This document shows positions 14,286-35,859 of a stretch of DNA of 64,000 bases, in pieces. Each line of letters starts with the position of its first letter. The first letter of the stretch is position 1. The position numbers and the translations under genes are program-made. This stretch comes from the human T2T-CHM13v2.0 reference genome, Homo sapiens, in the NCBI GenBank assembly GCA_009914755.4, contig CP068257.2:15488001-15552000 (forward strand), given 5' to 3'. The notes under the pieces are model-generated. The model did no database searches. It was not told where the DNA came from and was given only the letters and a program-made list of their open reading frames with translations.

Positions 14286-16499
14286 ATAATAGCTGCTTTG
14301 AGGAAACTCAATGATATCTAAAATAACACAGAGAAATAATTCAGAATCCTATCAGATAAATTTAACAATGAAATGGAAATAACTAATAAGAACCAAGCAA
14401 AGATTCTGAAGCTGAAAAATGTAATTGACATACTGAAGAATGCATCAAAGTCTCTCAAGAACAGAATTGATCAAGCAGAATAAAGAATTAGTGGTCTTGA
14501 AGATGGGCTATTTGGAAATGCACAGTCAGAGAAGACAAAAAAAAAAGAAGAATGAAACACAACTACATGATCTAGAAAACAGCCTCAAAAGGGCAAATGT
14601 AAAAGTTATTGGTCTTAAAGAGGAGATAGAGAGAGAGAGATCAGGGTAGAAAGTTTATTCAAAGGGATAATAACAGAAAACATCTCAAACCTAGAAAAAG
14701 ATATCAATATTAAAGTACAAGAAAGTTATAGAACACAAAGCAGATTTTACCAAAATAAGACTACATCAAGACATGTGATAATTAAACTCCCAGAGGTCAA
14801 GAATAAAGAAAAGATCCTAAAAGTAGCAAGATAAAAGAAACAACATACAAAGGAGATCCAATAAATCTACCAGCAGGCTTTTCAGTGGAAACTTTACATG
14901 CTGGGAGAGAGTGGTATGACATAGTTAAAGAGCTGAAGGAATTAAAAAACCTATCCTAGAATAGTACAACCAGCAAAAATATTCTTCAAACATGAAGGAG
15001 AAATAAAAACTCTCCCAGACAAAAACCTGAAGGATTTAATCAATGCCAGACCTGTTCTATAAGCAATGTTAAAGGGAATTCTTCATCCAGAAAAAAAAGG
15101 ATATTAATGAGCAATAAGAAATCATCTGAAGGTTCAAAACTCACTGGTAATAGAAAGTACACAAAAAACGAAGAATAACATAACACTGTAATTCTGGTGT
15201 GTAAACTACTTATATGTTGAGTAGAAAGACTAAAATGTGAACCAATCAAAAATAATAACTACAACAATGTTTCAAGGCATAGGCAGTACAATAAGATATA
15301 AATAGAAACAATCAAAAGTTTAAAAACCCAGGAGATAAAGCTGAAGTGTGGAGTTTTTATTTTTGTTAGTTTTTTTCTTTGTTTGTTTGTTCCTGTAATC
15401 AGTGTCATCATTAGTTTAAAATAATGAGTGATAAGATATTATTCACAAGTCTCAGGGTAATCTCAAATTAAAAAACATACAACAGATACACAAAATATAA
15501 AAAGCAAGACATTAAAACCACCAGCAAAAATCGCTTTCACTAACAGGAAGACAGAAAATAAGGAAAGAAGAAAGAAAAGATCACAAAGCAAGCAGAAAAC
15601 ATATAACAAAATGGCAGAGTTAAATTCTTACTTATAAATAATAATATTGAATGTAAATGGACTAAACTCTCCAATCAAAAGACTTAGAGTGGCTGAATGA
15701 ATTTTTTAAAAAAAATGCCTGATGATATGTTGGCAACAAGAAACAAACTTCACCTATAAAGACACACGTAGACTGAAAATAAACAGAAAAAGATATCACA
15801 TGCAAATGGAAACCAAAAAAGAGCAAGGGTCATTATACTTACATGGAACACAATATGTTTCAAGACAAAAACCATAAAAAGAGACAAAGAAGGTCATTAT
15901 ATAATGATAAGTGGCCAATTCAACAAGAATATATACAATTGTAAATATAATACGCACACAATACGGAAGCACCTAGATATATAATGCTAATTGGATTAGA
16001 GCTAAAGAGAGAGAGAGACCCAAATACAATAATAGCTAGAAGTTTCAACACCACACTTTCAACAATGGACAGATTATCCAGACAGAAAATCAACAAAGAA
16101 ATATTGGACCTAATCTGCACTGTAAACCAAATGGACCTCATAGATATGCACAGAACATTTCAACCAATGGCAGCAGAATACACATTCTTCTCCTCAGCAC
16201 ATTGATCATTCTTGAGGCTAGACCATAGGTTATGCCACAAAACAAGTCTTAAAAATTTCAAAAAAATTGAAGTTACATCAAGTATCTTCTTTGCCCACAA
16301 AAGAGTCAATCTAGAGGTCAATAACAAGGGGGATTTTGGAGACTATACCAAAATATAGAAATTACACAATATGTTTCTGAATGACCAGTGGGTTAATGAA
16401 TAAATAAACAGAAAATTTTAAAACGTTTTTAAGCAAATAACAATGGAAGCACAACATATCAAAATGTGTGGCATACAGCAACAGAAGTACAAAGAGTAA

Positions 16500-16530
16500 T
16501 TTTTTTTTATTATACTTTAAGTTTTAGGGT
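16500..16530 (-). mobile_element. Extremely 5'-truncated L1 insertion: about 21 nt of the L1PA 3' terminus plus about 10 A, on the minus strand. 11-bp TSD (a/g)caaagagtaa.
   Basis: Sequence tttttttttATTATACTTTAAGTTTTAGGGT is the reverse complement of the L1PA 3' end (...accctaaaacttaaagtataat-An). Flanked by acaaagagtaa (16489-16499) and gcaaagagtaa (16531-16541). Confidence 0.5.
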
Positions 16531-16916
16531 GCAAAGAGTAAATTTTAAGCCTATAAGTGCCTACATCAAAAAAGTATAAAAACTTCAAATTAACTATCTA
16601 ATGGTGCATCTTAAAGAACTAGAAAAGCAAGAGCAAATTAAACCCCAAATTTGTAGAAGAAAGCAAATAATAAAGATCAATCAGAAATAAATGAAATTGA
16701 AATGAAAAAACAATACAAAAGGCCAATGCAATAAAATATTGGTTTTTTGAAAAGATAAAACTGACAAGCCTTTAGCAGACAAATTAAGAACAGAGATGAC
16801 CCAAATAAATAAAGTCAGAGCAAAATACAGAGAATCTAGAATAGATAGAGAAATTCTTAGACATAGATGTCTGCCTACCAAGAGTAAGCCATGAAGAAAT
16901 TTGAAGCATAAATAGA

Positions 16917-17229
16917 GGCTGGGCACGGTGGCTCATGCCTGTAATCCCAGCACTTTTGCGAGACCAAGGTAGGTGGATCACTTGAGGGCCAGAGTTTGAG
17001 ACCAGCCTAGCCAACATAGTGAAACCCCATCTCTAGTAAAAACACACACAAAAAATTAGACAAGCATGGTGACATGCAATTGTAATCCCAGCTACTCAAG
17101 AGGCGGAGGCAGGAGAATCTCTTTCATGTAGGAGGCAGAGACTGTAGTGAGCTGAATTTGCACCACTGCACTCCAGCCTGGGCAACAGAGTAAAACTCCA
17201 TCTCAAAAAACAAAACAAAACAAAAAAAA
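16917..17229 (+). mobile_element. Alu SINE inserted in L1M ORF2. TSD cataaatag.
   Basis: Sequence ggctgggcacggtggctcatgcctgtaatcccagcactttt... ...caccactgcactccagcctgggcaacagagtaaaactccatctc plus an A-rich tail. cataaatag is seen at 16908-16916 and 17231-17239. Confidence 0.9.
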
Positions 17230-17319
17230 CACATAAATAGACCAATAACAAATAACAGATTTAAACCATAAAAGACTGTATCACAGCAAAGAAAAGCCTG
17301 GGACCTGATGAATTCTTTG

Positions 17320-19990
17320 CTGAATTTTAGTTTGAAGTTGGGTAGAGTGATGCCTCCAGCTTTGTTCTTTTAGCTTAGGATGCTATATTAGTCTGTTTTC
17401 ATGCTGCTGATAAAGCCATACCTGAGACTGGGCAATTTTCAAAAGAAAGCAATTTAATGGACTTACAATTCCATGTAGCTGGGGAGGCCTCACAATCATG
17501 GTGGAGGGTGAAAGGCATGTCTCACATGGTGGCAGACAAGAGAAGAAGGTTGTGCAGGGAAACACCTCCTTATATAATTGTCAGATCTCATGAGACTTAT
17601 TCACTGTCATGAGAACAGCACAGGAAAGACCTGCCCCTGTGATTCAATTACCTCCCACCAGGTCCCTCCCACAATACGTGGGAATTCAAGGTGAGATTTT
17701 GGTGGGGACACAGCCAAACCATATCAGATGCATTGGCTATTCAGGCTCTCTTTTGGTTCCATATGAATTTTAAAATAGTTTTTTTCTAGTTCTGTGAAGA
17801 CTGTCAATGGTAGTTTAATGGAAGTACCATTGAACGTATAAATTGCTTTGGATAGTATGGTCATTTTAATACTATTGATTCTTCCCATGCATGAGCATGG
17901 AATGTTTTTCCATTTGTTTGTATCGTCTCTGATTTCTTCAAGCAGTGGTTTGTAGTTCACCTCTCCTGTTCACTGTATTCCTAAGTATTTTATTATTTTT
18001 GTGGCAATTGTGAATGCGAGTTTGTTCGTGATTTGGCTCTTGGCTTAACTGTTGTTGGTGTATAGGAATGTTAGTGATTTTGCACATTGATTTTGTATCT
18101 TGAGATTTTGCTGAAGTTGTTTATCACCTTAAGAGGCTTTTGGGCCAAGACTACAGGGTTTTCTACATATAGGATTATGTCATCTGCAAACAGAAATAAT
18201 TTGACTGCCTCTCTTCCTGTTTGACTGCCTTTTATTTCTTTCTCTTGCTGACTGCCTGGCCAGAAGTTCCAATACTATGTTGAATAGGAGTGGTAAAAGA
18301 GGGCATCCTTGTCTTGTGCTGGCTTTCAAGGGGAGTTCTTCCAGCATTTGCCCAGTCAGTATGGTGCTGGTTGTGGGTTTGTCACAGATGACTCTCATTA
18401 TTTTGAGGTATGATCCATCACTACCTAGTTTATTGAGAGTTTTTAAAATGAAGGAATGTTAAATTTTATCAAAACACTTTTCTGCATCTATTGAGATAAT
18501 CATGTGGTTTTTGTCTTAGTTTTTTGCCTTTGTTTACGTGATGAATCACATTTATTGATTTGCATATGATGAACCAACCTAGCATCTAGGGGATGAATCC
18601 TACTTACTCATAGTGAATACACTTTTTGATGCTGAATTTGGTTTGCCAGTATTTTTTTGGATTTTTTGAATTGATGTTCATCAAGGATATTGGCCTGAAG
18701 TTTTCTTATTTTGTTGTATCTCTGCCAGGTTGGTACCAGGATGATGCTGATCTCATAGAATGAGTTATGGATGAGTCCTCTTCTTCACTTCTTTGGAATA
18801 GTTTCAGTAGAGATGGTATCAGCTCTTCTTTGCACTTCTGGTAAATTTCAGCTGTGAATCTGTCTTACCCTGAGCTTTTTAAGGTTAGTAGGCTATTTAT
18901 TACTACCTCAATTTGAAAACACACTTTTGGTCTGTTCAGGAATTCCATTTCTACCTGGTTCAGTATTGGGAAGGTGTATGTGCCCGTGAATTTATTCATT
19001 TCTTCTAGATTTTCTAGTTTGTGTGTATAGAGGTATTTATAATATTCTCCGATGGTTGTTTGTATTTCTGTGGGGTCAGTAGCAATATCTCCCTTATCAT
19101 TTCTGATTGTGTTTATTTGAATCTTCCCCTCTTCTTTATTAGTCTAGCTGGTGGTCTAACTCTTTCACTTATTTATTCAAAAAAAAAGAAAACACCTCCT
19201 GAATTTGTTGGGGTTTTGAATGGTCTTTCATGTCTCTATCTCCTCCAGTTCAGCTCTGATTTTGGTTACTTCTTGTCTTCTGCTAAGTTTGAAATTTGTT
19301 TACTCTTTGTTCTCTAGTTCTTTTAGATATGATGTTGGGTTGTTAAGATCTTTCTAATTTTTTGATGTGGGCACTTAATGCTATAAATTTTCATCTTAAC
19401 ACTGCCTTAGCTGTGTCCCAGAGATTCTGGTAGGTTGTATCTTTTTTTCTCATTAGTTTCAAATAACTTCTTGCTTTCTGCCTTAATTTCATTATTTTCC
19501 CAAACGTTATTCAGGAGCAGGTTATTCAATTTCCATGTAATCATACGGTTTTGAGTTAATGTCTTAGTCTTAAGTACTAATTTAATTGTGCTGTGGTCTG
19601 AAAGACTGTCTGTTGTGATTTCAGCTCTTTTGCATTTGCTGAGTAATGGTGTAATTCTCATTATGCGATTAATTTTAGAGTAAGTAATATGTGGCAATGA
19701 GAAAAATGTATTTTCAGTTGTTCTGGGGTGGAGAGTTTGGTAGATATTTATCAGGTTTATTTTAATCCAAAGCTGAGTTCAGGTCCTGAATATCTTTCTT
19801 ACATTTCTGTCTCAATGATCTAATATTGACAGTGGGGTGTTAAATTCACCCACTTTTATTGTGTGAGTCTAAGTCTCTCTGAAGATCTCCAAGAAATTGA
19901 TTTACCAATATGGGTGCTCCTATGTTGGGTGCATATATATTTAAGATAGTTAGCTCTTCTTAGGTTGGTAATAACAAGCTTCTCCAAGCT
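17320..19990 (-). mobile_element. LINE-1 ORF2 segment on the minus strand (roughly ORF2 5' half to middle). It is truncated at both ends by neighbouring elements.
   Basis: Reverse complement of L1 ORF2: ...agtttgaagttgggtagagtgatgcctccagctttgttcttttagcttagga...; ...ccaatatgggtgctcctatgttgggtgcatatatatttaagatagttagctcttc. Minus-strand ORFs 17724-17960 and 18180-18398 show L1 RT-like sequence (..[18 protein letters not shown]..). Confidence 0.8.
17386..17727. repeat. Insertion of about 340 bp splitting the minus-strand L1. The sequence has the look of a known primate interspersed repeat (tattagtctgttttcatgctgctgataaagccatacctgagactggg ... gggaattcaaggtgagattttggtggggacacagccaaaccatatca). Family not assigned.
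   Basis: L1 sequence gcttaggatgctat | insert | gcattggctattcaggctc is contiguous in the L1 consensus (gcttaggattgctttggctattcgggctc). Confidence 0.4.
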
Positions 19991-19994
19991 AAAG

Positions 19995-24985
<4,991 letters not shown>

Positions 24986-25199
24986 ATATGTATAAGAGAA
25001 GTATGGAAATAAATTCCTGTAGGAGAAAAGGTATTGTGTAAACTAACTGAATTATATTGTGCAACCTAGCTGAATTAAACATTAATTTTTTGACTAACTG
25101 TTACTCTAACTATTGTAGCTCACATATTACAATAATTTCTGGCTGCTTTTAAACTACATATATGATTCTGATAGAAGGAGAAACTTTCTGACATAAATA

Positions 25200-25440
25200 C
25201 AGGTTACCCTTAAGCAACATGGGTTTTAACTGGGTGCGTCCAATTAGACATGGAATTTTTTTTCAACCAAACACAGATGGAAAATACAGCCTTCGTGGGA
25301 TGTAAAACCTGCGCATACAGAAAGCCAACTTTTTATATATACAGATTCCACAGGGCCAAGTGTGAGGCTTCACCATGCATAGGTTTGGGTATTTGTGGAC
25401 GTCCTGGTACCACTGCCCTGCGTATACTGAAGGTCGACTG
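25200..25440 (+). mobile_element. Non-autonomous Tc1/mariner (pogo/Tigger-like, MER-type) MITE of about 240 bp, flanked by TA on both sides.
   Basis: 5' end caggttacccttaagcaacatgggttttaactgggtgcgtccaattagacatggaatttttttt resembles Tigger TIRs (cagttgacccttgaacaacacgggtttgaactgcg..). 3' end ...ggtttgggtatttgtggacgtcctggtaccactgccctgcgtatactgaaggtcgactg resembles the Tigger 3' terminus (..ggtatccgcgggggtcctggaaccaatcccccgcggataccgagggacgactgta). TA dinucleotides at 25198-25199 and 25441-25442. Confidence 0.55.
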
Positions 25441-27127
25441 TACTATGCATGAGAGACTTCCACTTTAAAATGGCATCTGGTGATATCCAAATTCCCCACA
25501 AAAGCATTTGTAAATACTCTGAAAAATGCAAAAATGTACAATGCTACAAAAATTTGGTCTGCAAGAATGTATTTACTTACTTACCTAAGGAAACCAAATT
25601 GAAAAATGAAATAAGTAGCCTTCCATGCCCTATTTGCCTGAAAATATGTCTTTGGTTCTCCTCAAACTTCACCCAAGTGCCATGGGAAACAGCACAGGAC
25701 AACAGCTAAGAGTAAAGACTCTGGAGTGAGGCTGTGCTTGTAAGCATGAATCAGGTGCATTCGAGGTTGACATCCTGGTTTTATGGCAACTTGGTGCAAA
25801 CACCAATGATACTATTTTTACAGAAGGTTAGAGAGGGGAGAAAAGAGAATTCATAGGCCCTTGAATATTTTCTACATATGGAAACAAATGACACATATTG
25901 TCTGGCTAACCAAAAGCCAAAAGTTAAAAACAAAATATACATCTTTAAGGGTTAGAGAAAAGGAAACAGATAGGAATAGCCTTAGGAATTCAAAATTGGA
26001 GGAACAATGTAGATCATTGTGAGGTGGCTTCTTTTTTAGCAGTTAATTTGGATACATTAATCATAATCAACTCTCTTTAATCAGAAATTGGGATTTCCTG
26101 AGGACTTTTCATTAATTGCAAACCAGAGCAGTAGGCAAATTATTCTTCACTGCAGATCAGAGTATTCCTTTGTGGGTTATGTTCGTATCCCACAGAATGA
26201 AGTTCAAATAGAATTTTTACTGAATTTTGCTATCATATTACCACACATCCCCCATTAATTCATTACTGCTAATAGAATACATGTGTGTTCCTCAAATGGT
26301 AGACCATGAAATGACTGAGCTAATGAGTAAAACTGAGCTTCTACAGGTATAGCTGGGAGCATGCAGGGGAATGGTATAAGGGCTGTTGTTCTATTCAGCA
26401 CAGAAGCAGTTAAGTCAGCTTCATATTCTCCTCCATTTTGCACTGGCTTTTAATGACATTAAATCAAATTATATTTTCTTAGAAGATTTAATGTTTAGCT
26501 TTTCTAATTTTACCTTCATAATGAAATTGTAGTAGGGCTGTGTGCAGTCATTTGGATAAAATTGAAAGTGCCATCAGTTATACACTCTAAACGAAATAGC
26601 AGCCTTTTTGTTTAACTTTAGTTAATGGTCTCATAGTTTCACATAAAAACTTTCTACCTCCTCTGTTGGAATTTGACTACAAGCTTTGAAACTACAAGCA
26701 AAGTTGCTTATCACAAATGGAGAATTCCCAGAAACAAAAGCTTATCTTAATGCAATTATTCAAATTAAAATGTTTGCATTTGATGACACACATATTTGAG
26801 GACAATCGCCCACCTTTTTTATGTTTACATTTAGTAATTCATGTCCTTTCTGTTTCAAGGCAGCTTCACTGGTACAGTGGTTTCCAGAATCACTTCTCAC
26901 TTCCATTATGAACTTCTTAAAAACTCAGTAAGAGGAGCAGCCTTACGCAGAGAAAGGCACCAGTGTGAAAGTCACTGACCAAAATGTTTTTCAGGTTCTG
27001 AAGCTACTAAGCAGACATCATTGCCCAAATTCTTAAGTTCTCCAAGGCTCTTGTTTCTTCAACTATGAGACTAAGTACCAATAGTAATTATTAGTGATGT
27101 TGTTACTGTCATTCTGAAAATAATAGT

Positions 27128-27325
27128 AAGTAGCTAATATTTACTGGGTATTTGCCATGTGTCACATTGTGAGCTGGGCACTTGTCTCTGTAAGATCTCA
27201 TTTCATTACCGTGAGAGCTTTATATACAGTCAATGATTTCTTCATTTTACTGATGAAGATATTGAGGTTCAGAGAGGTTTGGAAATTTATGTAAGCTCTC
27301 ACAGCTAGCAAAGGTCATAACCAGA
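27128..27325 (-). repeat. MIR ancient SINE, minus strand.
   Basis: Sequence aatatttactgggtatttgccatgtgtcacattgtgagctgggcacttgtctctg ... ttttactgatgaagatattgaggttcagagaggtttggaaatttatgtaagctctcacagctagcaaaggtcat matches the reverse complement of MIR (acatttattgagcgcttactatgtgccaggcactgttctaagcgc ... ttttacagatgaggaaactgaggcacagagaggttaagtaacttgcccaaggtcacacagctagtaag). Confidence 0.6.
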
Positions 27326-28261
27326 AAACTAAATAAGGTCTGAATTAAGAATAAAAGACATTGAAAGACGCTTTAAGTCCTAAAATTCAGAGTAAAATAG
27401 GAGTCACTGACTGAATTTTAACTTTACGTAAAATATGAAAATTATACTTATGAAACATCCATATTTCTAAAAATAATTTCCTGTTGGAACATCTTTATAA
27501 TTATATACAACATAGTTTAATTTATAAACTTATTTTAGATGTACAGCTACCATTTGAAAGGAGAACGACCTCTAATTTTTATATGAAATACCATGCAGTA
27601 TAATATTACTTCTTGTTAATTTTCAATTAACAATTTTCCTTTTTTAAATCATGTCTCCAATTATTGTCTGTGCCCTTTTTCGGCTGTGCAACTGAAATCT
27701 TTGACTGAAGTGTAATTTCATTATTTGTAAAGGCAGAAACAATGGAACTGTCTGTGCTCATATTAATTTTAGTAGAGCGTGCACTCTAAAATATTTAGCC
27801 AGAGCAACAAAGTTTATGTCAATCCTAGTTATTATCAGCCTAGAAATCTCTTGGAACTAGAATCCATTGTAAAGTCAAATTAAAGGTTTCTGTCTCTTGG
27901 TAAAGCAGGACTCTCTCACTTATTACATTTCAAAGAACAATAAACTGCTTATATAATTTTCTTCACACCATGTTGGAACTTATCCTTATGCCTTTGCTCA
28001 CACTGAGTTGGGCTTAAAATATTTCCTCCTCCTTTGTAAAGTCTTAGATATCCTTTCATTTATTCTTTAAGACTCATCTTTGTGTCACCTTCTAAGACAT
28101 CTTCTTTATTGCCCTACTAAAAACCACATATACCTACTCCCAGGCAAAATGATGCCCCTTTATAAAGATCTTTATTGCTGCACATATGGTATTACGGTAC
28201 AATTAACAGTTTATATGTCATTCTTCCTTACAAGACAGAATATTGTTTCAGGAAGGTTTTT

Positions 28262-28425
28262 TGTTTTTTAAGTGACAGCCTCTCTATGCACCTAGGCTGG
28301 ACTGCAGTGGTTACTCATGGGGACAATTATGGGACATTATATTCTTCACATCCTGAGCAAACTGATGCTCCTGCCTTGGCCTCTGGAGTAGCTAGAACTG
28401 CAGACATGGATCACCATGACTGGTT
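28262..28425 (-). repeat. Diverged Alu-monomer-like (FLAM/FRAM-type) element.
   Basis: Sequence cacctaggctggactgcagtgg and gctcctgccttggcctctggagtagctagaactgcagacatggatcaccatgactgg parallel the Alu reverse complement (cacccaggctggagtgcagtgg ... ttctcctgcctcagcctcccgagtagctgggattacaggcgcccgccaccacgcccgg). Confidence 0.4.
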
Positions 28426-30480
28426 TCAGGTAGCTTTTGAGTGTAGAAGAATAACCCAATAGTTGCCTGATCTAGGCTGCCTTTTGGCCTATTCTTCATC
28501 AAGCTGTGGGTCAGAGTGGGCATGAGTCCTTGCTTAGATCTCTATGTGTATTACTTCTGGGGCACAGTTCTACTTATGGTGACGGAGGAACAATCAATAA
28601 ATCAACCTGCACTGCACAAGCACATTTTGTACAACTGCTTTCATCACATCTGCTAACATTGTTTTGGCAAAGCAAATCATATGAACAAACACAACATCAG
28701 GGTGCAGCCCCAGAGGAGGCTGTGAGTGCATATTATCATGACAAGGAAGTGAAGAGTTGTGACCAATAGGTCAAATACTATAGAATAACAACCAGTTCTC
28801 ATTTATCTTTATGTGTATATCCAGTGCCTGGGACTATACTTGACCATTGTGAGTCCTCAAGACATGTATGAAGAATGAATGCTCTGACACTGCTGATAGT
28901 GTTCCCACACTCATTCGTTCTGTGAGGCATACTCCAAACCACATCAAACTACCAAAGATTTGAAACACAGGATGTTGAACTCCCCAATTATATTTATCGA
29001 GACATTCAACAGCTTCCAAACAGAAATACAAAGATAGAGATTTTCATACAGTAAACTGTTAGGTTATAATTTGGGCAGAAGAACATAAAGTTGTAGCCTT
29101 AGACATGGAATTTATTCATTTCCGTTTGTGGTATATTGTTTTCCAAAATGCCTACAACGATATCTCCTTTCCCATGTGTGCCTTTGCAATAGGACCATGC
29201 CACCCATCCCAGCAAGGGGTACAGTCTGTTTCTACCTTCCTTCAATCTAGGATATCCTTGCGACTTGCTTGACCAGTAGAATGTGGTGGAAGTGACCCTA
29301 TGCAGTTATGGGTCTACGTCTTAAGAGGTCTTGCAATATTTTTCTAAGAGGTCTTGCAATATTTTTCTTAGTTTCTGCAGAATTTTATCTTTTACATAAA
29401 GAAACACAGGCAAGACAACTGAATAATGAGCAACCATGTGAAGAGAGCCAAGACACATGGAGGAGGACCAAAAGACCCTACCAGCATTCACCACCAGTAG
29501 ACCATCTTGGATCCCTTGGCCCCAGTTGAACTTTTTCAGCCAATACCAGGTGAAACAGAGACAAGCCGTCCCCTCTGAGCACTGCCTGAATTCCTCACCC
29601 ACAGAATCATGAGTAATAAAACAGTTATTTTAAGTTTCTAAGTTTTGGAGTGGTTTATAATACAGCAATAGGTAACTAAAAGAGCTCAAAACTACTCCTA
29701 AAAGAACAGAGAAAATTGATACTGAGAACTCTGACATAAACCAGCTGGAATCATTTTAAAAATAACTGTTACAGAATTGCCACATCTGAAATAATGAACA
29801 TTTTGAATTGATTCCTAAAAAAATAAGCACAGAAAATTTCAGACTAAAAGATAGCCAACCTCCAAGTATTTCTTGTCTAAACATGAATATATGGATATAA
29901 ATATTGTTCACTTAGACTTTTTTAGAAAAATCATCAAAATGTCAAAGCATTTTAAACATTAATAAATATGATATAAATAATATATTTAAGTATATTATAA
30001 TTTAAAGTGTTTTCACTTTTGTATAATCTTTGTTCCATTAAAAAAAACCTTCAATTTCTATAAACATTTAAACTCATATAAAAATAGTTATTAGTAAGTA
30101 AGTCAACTAGGAGATGGATTCCCAGCAAAATTCAACTAGCTATTTCTGGGACAGTCCACTGATAATATGAACTTAAGATCAACTGATCTTCTGAAAGGTA
30201 CAATTTCAAATCAAGCAGAAGAGGTAACAGTTTTTAGGAATTCTTTTTTTTCCAATTTAGTGAGATAAAAATGCGCTCATTTAGATGCCAAAATCATTTA
30301 AAGCTTGTGTAATGAATGTAAAAATAAATACACTCTAAGACTGAATTCAATTCCACCTGAATATATTACAGGGAGAATATGTCACATCCAATATTGAGGG
30401 AAACACGAAGCTTCTTAGGAAATGTAAATATTTCTACTTTAGCAAGTCTAATCTCATTCATCATCATCAGTGTGTCCCCT

Positions 30481-30512
30481 CCACCCCAACCAAAAAAGAA
30501 GAAGAAGAAGAA
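30481..30512. repeat. Short (GAA)n / A-rich low-complexity tract.
   Basis: Sequence ccaaaaaagaagaagaagaagaaatag. Confidence 0.6.
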
Positions 30513-30585
30513 ATAGTTTGGAAAGAGTCCAAAGATCATTAAAAGTGAACCAAAAAAAATCCTATTAATTTTGCATTTTGGAAAA

Positions 30586-30969
30586 AGGAGGGAAGAGCCA
30601 AGATGGCCGAATAGGAACAGCTCCGGTCTACAGTTCTCAGTGTGAGCGACGCAGAAGACGGGTGATTTCTGCATTTCCATCTGAGCTTTGAAGAGAGCAG
30701 TGGTTCTCCCAGCACGCAGCTGGAGATCTGAGAACGGGCAGACTGCCTCCTCAAGTGGGTCCCTGACCCCTGACCCCCGAGCAGCCTAACTGGGAGGCAC
30801 CCCCCAGTAGGGGCAGACTGACACCTCACACGGCCGGGTACTCCAACAGACCTGCAGCTGAGGGTCCTGTCTGTTAGAAGGAAAACTAACAAACAGAAAG
30901 GACATCCACACCAAAAACCCATCTGTATATCACCATCATCAAAGACCAAAAGTAGATAAAACCACCAAG
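30586..30969 (+). promoter_or_regulatory. L1 5'UTR (internal sense promoter region), shortened to about 385 bp by an internal deletion of about 500 bp with its junction near 30684.
   Basis: ...gcatttccatctgag|ctttgaagagagcagtggttctcccagcacgcagctggagatctgagaacgggcagac: the two halves are separated by about 500 bp in the L1PA 5'UTR consensus. Confidence 0.7.
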
Positions 30970-31984
30970 ATGGGGAAAAAACAAAGCAGAAAAACTGGAA
31001 ACTTTAAAAAGCAGAGCGCCTCTCCTCCTCCAAAGGAACACAGCTCCTCACCAGCAACGGAACAAAGCTGGATGGAGAATGACTTTGACGAGCTGAGAGA
31101 AGAAGACTTCAGACGATCAAATTACTCCGAGCTATGGGAGGACATTCAAACCAAAGGCAAAGAAGTTGAAAACTTTGAAAAAAATTTAGAAGAATGTATA
31201 ACTAGAATAACCAATACAGAGAAGTGCTTAAAGGAGCTGATGGAGCTGAAAACCAAGGCTCGAGAACTACGTGAAGAATGCAGAAGCCTCAGGAGCTGAT
31301 GCAACCAACTGGAAGAAAGGGTATCAGCGGTGGAAGATGAAATGAATGAAATGAAGCGAGAAGGAAGTTTAGAGAAAAAAGAATAAAAAGAAATGAGCAA
31401 AGCCTCCAAGAAATATGGGACTATGTGAAAAGACCAAATCTACGTCTGATTGGTGTACCTGAAAGTGACGGGGAGAATGGAACCAAGTTGGAAAACACTC
31501 TGTAGGATATTATCCAGGAGAACTTCCCCAACCTATCAAGACAGGCCAACGTTCAGATTCAGGAAATACAGAGAACGCCACAAAGATATTCCTCAAGAAG
31601 AGCAACTCCAAGACACATAATTGTCAGATTCACCAAAGTTGAAATGAAGGAAAAAATGTTAAGGACAGCCAGAGAGAAAGGTCGGGTTACCCTCAAAGGA
31701 AAGCCCATCAGACTAACAGTGGATCTCTCGGCAGAAACCCTACAAGCCAGAAGAGAGTGGGGGCCAATATTCAACATTCTTAAAGGAAAGAATTTTCAAC
31801 CCAGAATTTCATATCCAGCCAAACTAAGCTTCATAAGTGAAGGAGAAATAAAATACTTTACAGATAAGCAAATGCTGAGAGATTTTCTCACCACCAGGCC
31901 TGCCCTAAAAGAGCTCCTGAAGGAAGAGCTAAACATGGAAAGGAACCACCGGTACCAGCCACTGCAAAAACATGCCAAACTGTA
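30970..31984 (+). pseudogene. L1 ORF1p (RNA-binding protein) pseudogene. It has a premature TGA at 31297-31299; the native stop is at 31982-31984.
   Basis: Track ORF 30970-31299 is 109 aa versus 338 aa intact. A c>t change creates the stop (aggagcTGAtgcaacc vs consensus aggagcCGAtgcgatc). Downstream ORF 31644-31985 continues the ORF1 C-terminus (..MKEKMLRTAREKGRVTLKGKPIRL..YQPLQKHAKL). Confidence 0.85.
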
Positions 31985-32047
31985 AATACCACCAATGCTA
32001 GGAAGAAACTGCATCAACTAACAGGCAAAATAACCAGCTAACATCAT

Positions 32048-35859
<3,812 letters not shown>

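Noticed and set aside
30539-30949. 136-aa antisense ORF over the L1 5'UTR, a possible ORF0-like antisense peptide
   Set aside because: The ~500-bp 5'UTR deletion removes the region where primate L1 ORF0 resides. This ORF spans the deletion junction and extends into flanking DNA, so it is a chance frame.
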